Positions 27,782 to 40,922 of a stretch of DNA of 64,000 bases are shown here, piece after piece. This DNA is from Octopus vulgaris. Its lineage: Eukaryota. The stretch lies in NCBI GenBank assembly GCA_951406725.2, contig OX597820.1, positions 122,512,001-122,576,000 of the forward strand. Direction: 5' to 3'. Positions within the stretch are counted from its first letter, which is position 1. The number at the start of each line of letters is the position of its first letter. Below the pieces are notes generated by a model, which was given only the letters and a program-made list of their open reading frames with translations, searched no databases and was not told the DNA's origin. The translations under genes were made by a program, and so were the position numbers.

Positions 27782-28004
27782 CAAAAAGATTTGAATAACA
27801 CTTGTGCTTAACTCCATTTATTTATTTATCTATGTTTACAAAATCATTTCACCAAAACCTGAACTTTCGATCTTTATAAGTAGGCTCTTATATCCTTGGT
27901 ACTTATGTGGATTTTTGCTACCCTGTTAACTATTTATTTGTTTTTTCCCTGTTATTTGTAAACATTGAAAAAAATACACTTACATTGATATATTTTAATC
28001 TATA

Positions 28005-28190
<186 letters not shown>

Positions 28191-28281
28191 TAATCCAAAC
28201 ACGAAAATACAAGGAGAAAACACAACAATGCGAGGACGTGGAACAAGTATAGTTTTATTGGACACTCAGGAAAGAAGGAGG

Positions 28282-28316
28282 GTTTAACGTTTCAAGCGGA
28301 GCTCTTCGTCAGAAAC
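28282..28316 (-). ncRNA. Minimal type I hammerhead motif (Penelope pLTR type)
   Basis: Minus strand reads gttt-CTGACGA-agagctccgctt-GAAAC-GTT-aaac, with a palindromic AACGTT stem III region. Confidence 0.6.
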
Positions 28317-28644
28317 ATAGGAAAAGGAAAGATCCAAAGAAGGGAAGACGGAGGGAAAAAAAATTGCCAACGGTACAATATATATGTATATATATAAACA
28401 ATTGCAGCATGGAAGGTGTTTATAAGCCATTTAAGAAATACACAAAAACTGTTAGATTCATTTCAACATTTACATTTAATTTGCGAAAATACTTTGTGTG
28501 TGTATATACTTTACATGTACCACATCCTCACGTTGTTGGTTTTCTTTTGTGTTTGTTCTTCTTTTTGGGATTTACTATACATATAAGTGTGTGTATATAT
28601 CTATGTGTGTATATATATGTTTATACATATGTATGTACATATAT

Positions 28645-29380
28645 CATCATCATCGTCATCATTTAGCATCTGTTTGTCTATGCTGGCATGGGTTGGATGG
28701 TTTGACCTGGGATGGGAAGCTGGGGGACTGCATCAGCTGCCAGTCTGATTTTGCATAGTTTCTACAGTTGAATGCCCTTCCTAACACCAACCACCCTGAG
28801 AGTGTAATGGGTGCCTTTTTACATGTCACTGGAATGGGCACCAGTTGCATGGCAGCAATGTCTGCCACAACTATGATTCCACTTGTCTTCAGAGCTCTCC
28901 CTTCTGAAACACAGCATTTTGCCAAAGGTCTTGGCCATTCGTCATTGCATCCTTGTATATATTTATATATAAAATATAAAATGGTGACAATTTACCCATT
29001 ACACCCTGTATATATATATATATATATATATATATCATCATCATCATCATTATTTAACGTCCGTTTTCCATGCTAGCATGGGTTGGACAGTTCGACTGGG
29101 GTCTGGTAAGCCATGGAGGCTGCACCAGGCTCCAGTCTGATTTGGCAATGTTTCTACAGCTGGATGCCCTTCCTAATGCCAACCACTCCATGAGTGTAGT
29201 GGGTGTTTTTTACATGCCACTGGCACAGGGGCCAGAGCAGACGGACAAACGGCCATGATTGGTTGGTGCTTTTACATGTTACCGACACAGACTCCAGTCA
29301 AGCGGTGCTGGTATCTGCCACATTCGGACGGTACTTTTTAAGTGTCACCGCATGGGTATCTTAACTACAATTTCCATTTG
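28645..29380 (-). mobile_element. Two RTE 3'-UTR fragments (about 28645-28950 and 29035-29380)
   Basis: (CAT)n followed by the family 3'-UTR (ccatgctagcatgggttggac in the second copy). Confidence 0.8.
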
Positions 29381-29415
<35 letters not shown>

Positions 29416-30503
29416 TTATACTTAATGTAATATTTACATATGTGTGTATAAACGCATGTGTGTGTATATATGTGTGTGAGAGAAGGATAACTTGTTTCTT
29501 CTTTTGTTATTGATAGTCTCCAAGAGACGGTTTGTTTTCATAGGGATCATACAAGGCTAATGTGTGGCTATTAGGGATTCAATGGAAGGGGGTTTTCTGC
29601 AGGAAATGAGACAAGAGTTGATTTAACCTGCTCAGTGGAAGTAATGCAAAGTAAATGATTATTCTTTGTCTGAAGCCAAAACTCAGCAAGGAGACAATGA
29701 TGTCATAAGCTAATTAATAGCGAAAGCTATTTTAAATAAAATCTAGTAATTAGATAAATTTTTTAAAGGCTTGAGTTTTACAGCAAAGAACACATTGAAA
29801 GATTTATGTGAAGCGAAATAGATTTCAGGTTATGGCATTGTGTAATGCAGTAATAATTTATTGGAAATTTCTTCTGAAGGTAAGTATTGCCACCACAGAA
29901 AAGTGGGAATGAATAATGCATTTTGGATATGTTTGGTGTGGTGGAAAGATTTTGTATAATTAAATGATGAGCCATTAGATTTTCTTTATTGATATGGAGA
30001 TTTTTGTATGTAGTATATTTTAAATTTTACTTTTTACATTTTGCTAACTCATAAATTTAGAAAAATTTAATATAAGTTCAATTTTAATGGAAATATCTAA
30101 AGGTATACATGTAGATAAAAATTTCTTCTGAGAATGAATTTGCCAACTTCCCCATTTTCTATGCATCAATCATGGTGAGTGAGTGAAATGAGGCAGAAGA
30201 AATATAATTTCAAAATATCTGCTGTCTCATGGATGATAACTAAATTTGGAGAGAAAACCATTCTTATTTAGAAAAATTGAAGCCAGATAAACTATGGGTA
30301 TATCTTAATTCAAACTTTCAAACAAATCTCAACACATTGACAATGATTGCAACTGGAGTATATTTTATTGCCATTTATTTTATTTTCTACTCCAAGTTCT
30401 TTAATTACAATGGAATAAAATGTATTATAGGTCTTCTTCATTCACATTTGAGAAGATATTCTATTGATATTATGCTTTGGTGGGTAATATTTTAGAGGAG
30501 CCT

Positions 30504-30589
<86 letters not shown>

Positions 30590-30590
<1 letters not shown>

Positions 30591-30943
30591 GAAATCGAAT
30601 TGAACCAGCCAGGATCCCTGGTCTGGTGGTACGTAAAAAGCACTATCCGACTCGTGGCCGATGCCAGCACCCCCTCGTTTGGCTTCCGTGCAGGTGGCAC
30701 ATAAAATACACCAATCCGACCGTGGCCGTTGCCAGCCTCACCTGGCACCTGTGCAGGTGGCACGTAAAAAGCACCCACTACACTCATGGAGTGGTTGGCG
30801 TTAGGAAGGGCATCCAGCTGTAGAAACACTGCCAGATAAGACTGGAGCCTGGTGCAGCCTTCTGGCTTTCCAGATCCCCGGTCGAACCGTCCAACCCATG
30901 CTAGCATGGAGAACGGACGTTAAACGATGATGATGATGATGAT

Positions 30944-30945
<2 letters not shown>
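30590..30945 (+). mobile_element. RTE 3'-UTR fragment within a (TA)n tract
   Basis: ggcgttaggaagggcatccagctgtag...ggacgttaaacgatgatgat, with (TA)n on both sides. Confidence 0.85.
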
Positions 30946-30981
<36 letters not shown>

Positions 30982-31769
30982 TACATACAGACAGACAGAT
31001 AGATATAGATAGATAGATAGGTAGATATATAGATAGGTAGGTAGGTAGATAGATAGATAGATATATAGGTAGGTAGGTAGGTAGATAGATAGACACATGC
31101 ATACATACACACACATGCATGCATGAACCTAGTGCAGGCTTAACGGTTATCTAGCAATAGCACGAGTACGCAGAAATTCCGGGATGATGTCCAGTGTGCT
31201 GAAAGACCCCTGGGAGTGAGGCACCCTTCAGCTTCTTTTGAAGCATGTCTCTAGGAGAAGGTCACTCTGATATAAAAACCAGATATGCAGGGAATGACAT
31301 TGGACATTTTAGGGATTTTTGGTGTGTGCTAGAGATCACAGCGCTACATACATATATGCATGTATATAATTGAAAAAGAAATAAATGTCCAAATGTCCTT
31401 TTTGTTTCCTCCAAATTGTTTTCAGTTATCGATTCACACCTGACAAATGTCCAAACACAAACCTGGAAGTATGTACGATACTGCTGTACTGCATAGCACA
31501 GGGTGGAATCTGAAGGTGGATGAGCTTTATACAGTACTCTGCTCTGGTCTTTACAGAATATACCATAACTATATATATATATATATATATATCATCATCA
31601 TCGTTTAACATATGCTTTTCATGCTAATATGGATTGGATGATATATATATATATATATATACCACCAAGTAAGTTAGGGGTTATTGATCCAACCCACTAA
31701 GGGATCATATCCAATATACTGGTGGTATAATACTCAAATTATTAATGCACAATATATATATATATATAT

Positions 31770-32081
31770 CACCGTGATCACCTGTGACCGACCAAGCTAT
31801 CAGATGTTGTTACACATCGCTGGTCACAATGCGTTCGCATTGTTTTTTAGCCTTTGAATGATGCCACCCCGCTGGCTAAGTGAGCTGGCCAACAGAAGAA
31901 AGAGTGAGAGAAAGTTGTGGCGAAAGAGTACAGCAGGGTTTGCCACCAATCCCTGCCAGAGCCTCGTTGGAGCTTTAGGTGTTATCGCTCAATAAACACT
32001 CACAAAGCCCGGTCTGGGAATCGAAACCGCGATCCTCCGACCGTGAGTCTGCTGCTCTAACCACTGGGCCATTGCACCTCC
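31770..32081 (-). mobile_element. tRNA-derived SINE (family E) in a (TA)n tract
   Basis: Minus strand ggaggtgcaatggcccagtggttagagc...gtttcgattccc. Confidence 0.8.
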
Positions 32082-32892
32082 ATATATATACATATATATT
32101 ACTTAGCCCCTTAATAAAGTAACAAATTCTAGATATGATAGTAACTGCACTGCTTATAGAAGCCAGTGATGTGGTTTTGATCATGTTACTTGTGCAAAAC
32201 TGAAACAGCTGATTAAGTTGCCTAGGGAGTCAATTTCCAGTTTGTTTTTAGCATCACTTTCCATATACTAACAATATTTTTATATGAATGCATCAACATA
32301 TCTAAACATTATTTGTGCAGAATAATTGCTAGCAGGTTAGTTGATGCACATAGCAATGGTGAAATGCCTTTTTTGTTTTTAAGATGCTACTTGCACAGGA
32401 AATAAGGAAGCAAGAATCTAAGCTTAAAACACACAGACAAAGAAATTAAATTTAAGCGAGGCATTATTAGGACATGTGTAAACATGATACAGGATTCTCC
32501 TCCCTATGGTGCCCCTTGCATTTGCACATTGGGTAGGAATTGGCCAAGCCCAGGGTTCATTTATTTGTTTATTTTCTGCAGCAATTTATATCTCGAAGCT
32601 TCTTTTTTATTGTGTAAAGGAGTGTGTGTGCTTGTATATTCTTTTCCACTCTTTCTCTTTCTCTCTTCTGTCTGTCTGTCTGTCTGTCTGTCTCCCCCCC
32701 TCTCTCTCTCATTCAGTTGTTGAGATTAATTGTCTGTGTTACTCTGTGTTTTGTGGGTGAAATTAAGCCAAATTATGAACCTACTAACATTAGCTAACTG
32801 GTATTGTAGTAATGAGTCTGCTTTAATTTTAGTGACATATCTAATTGCTGCCCGATGATGGTGATGTGTAATATTGTTGCAAAAGTCAATAC

Positions 32893-32950
<58 letters not shown>

Positions 32951-33708
32951 TGTGGGGGTAGGAATAGCTAGGGGTGGGTGGTTCTGGATGATGGCATATA
33001 AAGGACAGCTGCTACTACTACCAGTTCTGCTGTTGTTTAAGGGGATAAGAATTGTTTCATGCCAATTAATTAATCAATTAAATTAAATAATATAACCTCA
33101 CATGCATCCGTGTGTGTGTGTGTGTGTGTGTGGTGGTGTTTGTGTACAGGCCTGTTTGTAGTAATCAGGACAATGGTGTTTGCTTGGTGTAAAGTAGATG
33201 AAGATGATCATTAACGGGGCGGTGGTGTAGGCTTTGCTTATGTGATGTTTACAAAGGATCTTTTCTGTATATGACTGTCAAGATATAATGTAGCAGTGGT
33301 GATTGTAAGAGTTGTGCTCGTTGTGGTGGTCATTTTATTATGCAAGGGTAAGGCAATGATGACCACATTAGCTGATCATCTCCTTCAATATACTAACTCT
33401 GTTTAATGACATTGGTAGTGAAATTATTCATAATGGAATACAAGAGGATGTGTCCCATTGATGAAAATAGATGACAGCTTCATGGCCCCTAAACCAGCTA
33501 AAGCAACAGGGAAGTTATTCTTTAAAGGTTCAGACCCCCTACACACACAAACACTACACAATAAAAAAAGTCAGTTTTGTGAACAAAAACCAGGACAGTT
33601 TATAAGATTGTCAGAAGAGTATAAGAGAACATATAAACTTAAATACATGACTGGTATTTTACCAACTGAATGGGATCTGAAATTTGAATGTTAAGGGCCA
33701 TAATGAAA

Positions 33709-34115
33709 TCATCATCATCATCATCGTTTAACGTCCGCCTTCCATGTTAGCATGGGTTGGACGATTTTGACTGAGTGCTAGCGAGCCAGATGGCTGCACC
33801 AGGCTCCAATCTTGATCTGGCAGAGTTTCTACAGCTGGAAGCCCTTCCTAACACCAACCACTCCGATAGTGTAGTGGGTGTTTTTACATGCCACCTGCAC
33901 GGGGGCCAGTCAGGCAGCACTGGCAATGACCTCGCTCGAATCTTTTTACACGTGCCACCGGCACAGGTGTCAGTGAAGCGACATTGGTAACGATCACGCT
34001 CGAATGGTGCCCTTTTACGTGCCATGGGTACGGAAGCCAGTTGGCTGCTCTGGCAACGATCACGCTCGGATGGTGCTCTTGGCACCCTACTTGCACAGAT
34101 GCCAGTCATCGAATT
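33709..34115 (-). mobile_element. RTE 3'-UTR fragment
   Basis: Same family signature as 58842. Confidence 0.85.
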
Positions 34116-34709
34116 GCTTTTAATTCTTCAACAATACTGTTAGTAATGATAATTGATCAGACAATGTTAGGTAAACAAGCAGAGTTGGATGATTGCAGAA
34201 GTCTACTATACTCCACTGTGTTTAGCATGGTAAATCATTTCTGGAGTGGCTCAAATCTTCTTGGATTCCTCTTTATATTTCATTCCTCTCTGGGCCAGTA
34301 AAATAAGCATCTTTAATTCATCAGAATAAAGTCAATATTTAATATCCAATTTCTAAAGGTAACTCTCTGCCTCAGAAAAAAAAAAAAATAATAAAAAAAA
34401 ACAAAGAAAACAATCTAGAAAAAAGACAAAAAAATTGTGACTAAATGAAAGAGCCTGATAAAGAAATCAATATCAAAACAACAACTGCAGCGATGGTAGC
34501 AGCAGTGGCAGCAGCAGCAGCAGTATTTTGGTTTAGCTTTAAGCTACTGCTGCTTGTCTTGTTGTTGATCATGTGTTTTAGATGATTTAATTAATTTTAT
34601 TCGATGAAGTAGAGTTTCCAACTTTCCACTACTGAATACTCATCATTTATCGAATTATTGCGTCGATAATTTCATTATTTTAAACAATTTTATTTTTTAT
34701 TATTAGATG

Positions 34710-34743
<34 letters not shown>

Positions 34744-35377
34744 TAAATTGATGATAAAAAAAGTATTTTAAAATTTATTCACTTATGTTTATTAGTTTTT
34801 TTTCCTAAAAAATCTTTGCTTTAGAGAATTTTTTAAACTGCAAAACTAAAAGAAATATAATTGTATTCCTCTTTTAATGTTCAGGTTTTGTATCAGGCAA
34901 AGCAATATATCCATGTCACAAAGACAGTGTTGTGTGTCTCATAACAAACATTGTTGATACACTTGTTTTGAAGGTAGGCAAAAAAGAAGAATCGCCTTCA
35001 AAACATTGCCAGAGAGAATCAGATTGTTTTGGTGAACGGATCACTTGAGACTTGAGTAGTAAAACTCAACTCGTTAGTGGTGCCCTCACAGTGTCGTTTA
35101 CAAGTTTCAGTGGCTTTGGAACATCAGGGCCAGTTCTTCCCCTGCTGACTAATTCATAGTTTTATACATCCATCCATCCATCCATCCATTCTTATACAAG
35201 ATGAGGCATAAATAATGGTGATGACATATTTTTCATTATTGTGGAAAGAATATGTAAGGATCACTCTTTATGGTTTGTCTATCCACTCTGTGTAGAAACC
35301 AGTATAACTGGAGCACAACCATTCATTTACAATAGAGAATGGCAATGAACTAAAACTTTGGCCCTTGCCACAAATAG

Positions 35378-36092
<715 letters not shown>

Positions 36093-36497
36093 CCTTTATA
36101 TCTTTTACTTGTTTCATTCATTAAACTGTGGCCATGCTGGGGCACGATCTTGAAGAAGTTTGTTTTTAAAACCTGGTACTTACTCTGTCAGTCTCTTTTG
36201 ACAAACTACTAAGTTATGCAGGACATAAATACACAAACAATGGTTGTCACATGGTGGTGAGGGACAAACATAGACACAAACCCGCAACCCACACACAGAA
36301 ACACACACGCACATACATACATATATACACATGCATGCAGTGAACTTATTTCAGTTTCCATTTTCCAAATCTACTCTTCCACTAACAAGGCTTTGATAAG
36401 GCAGGAAACGCTTGCCCAAGGTACCATGCAGTAAAACTGAAACTGGCACCAAGTTGTTGAGAAGCAAACTTCAAACCACACAGCCATGCCTGCACCT
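36093..36497 (-). mobile_element. SINE family A, diverged
   Basis: cttttacttgtttca...accacacagcca. Confidence 0.7.
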
Positions 36498-37014
36498 ATT
36501 GTGAATATATACATAATATATAGACCAGATTCTGTGTCTGCTTTGGTTTCTGTGACTGGATGCCCTTCTTAATGCTAATCCCTGATTGTACTTGGTGTTT
36601 TGTATGTGAGAACATGGGCCCCAAACCTGGCACACCACTCCTTTATCTGACCTGTGCTTCAGCACTTGGCAATACATGATGTCATACTAAAGATGCAATC
36701 CATGTATGACCCTCATAAGGGCAGACTGCACCAGCAAACTTAGCCTCAGACACGAAAACTAGAAATACAAGCTATAAATATGCCTGAATTGAATGTGAAT
36801 ATCTGAGAGAGAAAGAGAAGGTGAGACAGGAAGCAGTATTGCATGCCCTTCCCCCTCCAGCCTTATACCCCTTAGGCACTTAAACTTGGTTACTGTGACT
36901 TGCACCTCTCATCCACCTGAAGATGTGATTTCCTATGCATGCCTTTCCCATAAGGCATATGCGTTTATTTATCAATCTGTCTGTCTGTCTCTTTCTCTCT
37001 CTCTCTCTCTATGT

Positions 37015-37290
37015 ATGTGGCTGGTGCCAGTGCCACTTTGACTGGCTTTTGTGCTGGTGGCACATAAAAAGCACCATCTGATCGTGGTCAATGCCAGCCT
37101 CCTCTGGCTCCTGTGCTGGTAGCACGTAAAATCACCCACTACACTCTCGGAATGGTTGGCATTAGGAAGGGCATCCAGCTGTAGAAACACTGCCAGATCA
37201 GACTGGAGCCTGGTGCAGCCTCCTGGATTCCCAGACCCCAGTTGAACTTTCCAACCTATGCTAGCATGGAAAACGGACGTTAAACAATAA
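37015..37290 (+). mobile_element. RTE 3'-UTR fragment, tail-to-tail with the copies at 37462 and 37653
   Basis: Same family signature. Confidence 0.8.
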
Positions 37291-37405
37291 CCATGATGAT
37301 GATATGTATGTAGAGAGGGAGTGAGATATATAATTAATTCAAAAAACGGGGAAAAAGGACAAGAAAAAAACAACGCGAGGATGTGGTACATGCAAAGTAT
37401 TAACA

Positions 37406-37461
<56 letters not shown>

Positions 37462-37465
<4 letters not shown>

Positions 37466-37620
37466 TCATCATCATCATTTAACGTCCGCTTTCCATGCTA
37501 GCATGGGTTGGACGGTTCAACTGGGGTCTGTGCAAGCTGGAAGGCTGCACCAGGCCCAGTCAGATCTGGCAGTGTTTCTACAGCTGGATGCCCTTCCTAA
37601 CGCCAAGGAAGGGCATATAT

Positions 37621-37655
<35 letters not shown>

Positions 37656-38325
37656 TCATCATCATCATTTAGCGTCTGCTTTCCATGCTAGCATGGGTTG
37701 GACGGTTCAACTGGGGTCTGTGAAGCTGGAAGGCTTCGTCAGGCCCAGTGGGGCCAGATCTGGCAGTGTTTCTACGGCTGGATGCCCTTCACCGGCACGG
37801 GGGCCAACCACTCCGTGAGTGTAGTGGGTGCTTTTACGTGCCACCCGCACAGGTGCAAGACAGAGCTGGCAAACGGCCACGAACGGATGGAGCTTTTACG
37901 TGTCACCGGCACGGGGGCCAGGCGAGGCTGGCAACGGACACGAACGGATGGTGCTTTTACGTGCCACCGACACGAGGGCCAGACCTGGCAAACGGCCACG
38001 AACGGATGGTGCTTTTACGTGTCACCGGCATGGGGGCCAGGCGAGGCTGGCAACGGACACGAATGGATGGTGCTTTTACATGCCACCGACACAGGGGCCA
38101 GACAGAACTGGCAAACGGCCACGAACGGATGGTGCTTTTACGTGTCACCGGCACGGGGGCCAGGCGAGGCTGGCAATGGACACGAATGGATGGTGCTTTT
38201 ACGTGCCACCGACACGGGGGCCAGACAGAGCTGGCAACGGCCACGGATGAATGGTGCTTTTACGTGTCACCGGCACGGGGGCCAGGCGGGGCTGGCAGCG
38301 GACACGAACGGATGGTTCGCTTAAC
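37462..38325 (-). mobile_element. Two RTE 3'-UTR fragments; the second has an expanded internal tandem repeat
   Basis: (CAT)n signatures at 37462 and 37653. Confidence 0.85.
37827..38316. repeat. Minisatellite of 8 units of about 61 bp alternating ABABABAB
   Basis: Units begin ggtgcttttacgtg. A = ccaccgacac...cagacagagctggc; B = tcaccggcac...caggcgaggctggc. Confidence 0.9.
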
Positions 38326-38410
38326 CACAGCTGATGATGATGATGATGACGATATATATATATATTTATATATATATATATATATAATCCAAAAAGTATA
38401 GTATTAAATA

Positions 38411-38518
38411 TCCATCACAGCTGATCTTACCAATCAGTTTCCTGTAAAGAATACAATGGAATGTTAGGTAACAATCCGATTATATAACTTTACGCTCATC
38501 AGAGATAGCTGATATGGA
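38411..38518 (-). ncRNA. Type I hammerhead ribozyme motif with long stems I and II
   Basis: Minus strand reads tccatatcagctatct-CTGATGA-gcgtaaag...ctttacag-GAAAC-tgattg-GTA-agatcagctgtgatgga. Confidence 0.7.
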
Positions 38519-38691
38519 AGGGAATATAATCGGATTGTTACCTAACACTCCATTCACCTCTTTACGTGATTGGTAAGATCAGGTGTGACGGATATTTAAT
38601 ACTCTACTTTTAAGATGATCTAACCACTCTACTAACGGATATATGAATGCATCACATCCCTGACTTATGATCTCTTAGATGACTCACATAC

Positions 38692-38730
<39 letters not shown>

Positions 38731-38860
38731 TTTATATATACATATATATATATTCATATATACATATATTCATATATATATATACATACATATATATACA
38801 TATATATATACACACACACACACACACACTATATACATATACACACATATATATACATAT

Positions 38861-38912
<52 letters not shown>

Positions 38913-38914
<2 letters not shown>

Positions 38915-39043
38915 CGTAAAGTGTATTAGCCATCTGAATGTGGCTAGCCACTGGGGGTGGGGTGTTACTGATGCTTTTAGCCCCAGGCGATCACCCCACC
39001 CCCAGTAGCTAGCCACATTCAGATGGCTAATACACCTTACGTT
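38913..39043. repeat. 52-bp inverted repeat (2 mismatches) with a 27-nt loop
   Basis: 38913-38964 versus 38992-39043. Confidence 0.92.
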
Positions 39044-39087
39044 GTCGAGCGTTTACTGTTTATATCTCGTTCAGAGATTTATTATTG

Positions 39088-39127
<40 letters not shown>

Positions 39128-39136
39128 TATATAATA

Positions 39137-40024
39137 CAGGGTGTGATGGGTAAATTGTCACCATTTTATTTTTTTATTTTGTGTTTGTGCATTGTTTGTC
39201 TTTAATTTTGTTGACTACATAGTTTAGTAAAGTCAGTTGGGAACTGTCTGTGAGAAAAACAGCACCGTGACACTATTCACTCTGCCAGAAATTTGGAAAT
39301 GACATACTGTACTGTTTGGCATTTGTGCCAGAAGCTCTAATTGGAACATTTCAGAGTGTTTTGGGGTCAGTCTGAGGACTTGTACAATCTGAGGTCATGT
39401 ACCGAGAAGGATAAAAATCAAACATCCAGTCAACATCATGATGTTTGGAGTGATCACTAGTGATGGTGAGATTATGTCTCCTTTCATCTTCCCACATAGC
39501 TTCAGACTCAATACGGGGGTCAACATCAAGTGCCTGGAGGAGGTGATGCTGCCCTGGGTCAAGAGGGTGGCAGCTGGAAGACCCTATTTCTGGCAACAGG
39601 ACTCTGCACCATGCCACACAAACAGGAGAACCCAGTCATGGTTGTCAGACAATTTCTACGACGACATCAACCCTAACATCTGGCCACCTAACTCGCCAGA
39701 CTGCAAACCCTTTGATTATTATGTGTGAGGTACAGTTGAGTGAGAAACCAACAAAACACCTTATAATTCCAAAGATGAATTAAAGGCAAGGATTACGACA
39801 GCATTCACCAACTTAAACAAGAAGACCGTTCCAGAAGTGTTGCAGGAGATTCCAAAGTCGTCTGGAGGCCATGGTTGAAGCCAATGGCAATTTTGTTGAA
39901 TAAATTTACTCTTTAGTATTTCAAGATATTTTAAAGTAATTTTGGTGAATATATGTTAAAACGAGATGTCAGGGTAATTTTCATTTTTGTGTAATTTAGA
40001 CTACAGTTTATTCACCACACCCTT
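39137..40024 (+). mobile_element. Internally deleted DD37D (maT-type) Tc1/mariner transposon
   Basis: Termini TA|CAGGGTGTG...CACACCCT(T)|TA. ORF 39438..39728 has WQQD-(37 aa)-D: QQDSAPCH...WPPNSPDCKPFDYYV. Confidence 0.85.
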
Positions 40025-40057
40025 TACACACACACACACACACACCCTATACACACA

Positions 40058-40131
<74 letters not shown>

Positions 40132-40812
40132 CATATTTATGTTTGCACACATCCAACTTTAGACACAATAAATGTGTTTCTAAGCTTCAAATTTGTTAAA
40201 GAGATATTTGGCATGTGTCCATTCTTCTTTGTATCTATACAAATTTCATAGAAGCTCTTAAAAATGTCTCCGATACCCATAGACATCCAATCAGCTCCCT
40301 TTGCATTGATATTTATTGATTTAAATTCAGTACACAAAATATTATAGCTGGACTGGCCTGTATCAAATAAGAAAATCATATGAAATTAATAACAACATTG
40401 AAATATTAATAACAAGAAATATTAGAAGCCATGATAATGATGATGATGATGATGAGGAGGAGGACGAGAAAAACATGACCCAGTAGTAATAACAAGAGAA
40501 ATGCTGGAAAATGCCTTGGCAAACAATGGAAGCAACTCAGCTTTCCGTTCCTAAATCATTTGTGCAGGATTCTTATGAGAGCTCAAAATCCCTCGTGGAA
40601 GCGTCATCCAACCAAAGTACAAATATATGGGAAACTACTACCTGTGTCATCTCTTGTGAAAGGTAGGAGAGTCCAGTCACCAGCTACGCCAATGATGCAA
40701 AAGTAGTGGATATCAACTCATTTCTTGTTTTTGTAAAATGCATCATAAATGTTCGATAATTATTTACATTATTTACATTTGACAGATATTTGTCTTCATC
40801 TTGTTTGTTGTT

Positions 40813-40858
40813 AACATAACGTTTCAGCTGATATACCCTCCAGCCTTCACCAGGTGTC
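40813..40858 (-). ncRNA. Degenerate minimal type I hammerhead motif
   Basis: Minus strand reads gacac-CTGGTGA-aggctg-gagggtatat-cagct-GAAAC-GTT-atgtt. The core carries an A-to-G substitution. Confidence 0.5.
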
Positions 40859-40922
40859 TTGGGGAAATTTTGAATAATGTAAATAATGTACATAATTCCT
40901 CATCTCTTAAATATAGAACTGT

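Noticed and set aside
29500-29760. Possible intronic enhancer (TAAT-rich unique sequence; also 32740-33100)
   Set aside because: TAAT motifs are expected by chance at this AT content. Cross-species alignment is needed.
31426-31468. Possible cassette microexon (ttttcag|...|gtatgt)
   Set aside because: It is 43 nt, not a multiple of 3, with TGA in the required phase-0 frame. A poison exon cannot be supported without RNA data.
34965-35004. 10-bp inverted repeat gttttgaagg/ccttcaaaac
   Set aside because: Too short to distinguish from chance in 64 kb.
37827-38316. CRISPR-like array
   Set aside because: The variable parts alternate between two types rather than being unique spacers. There are no cas genes, and the array is part of an RTE 3' UTR.
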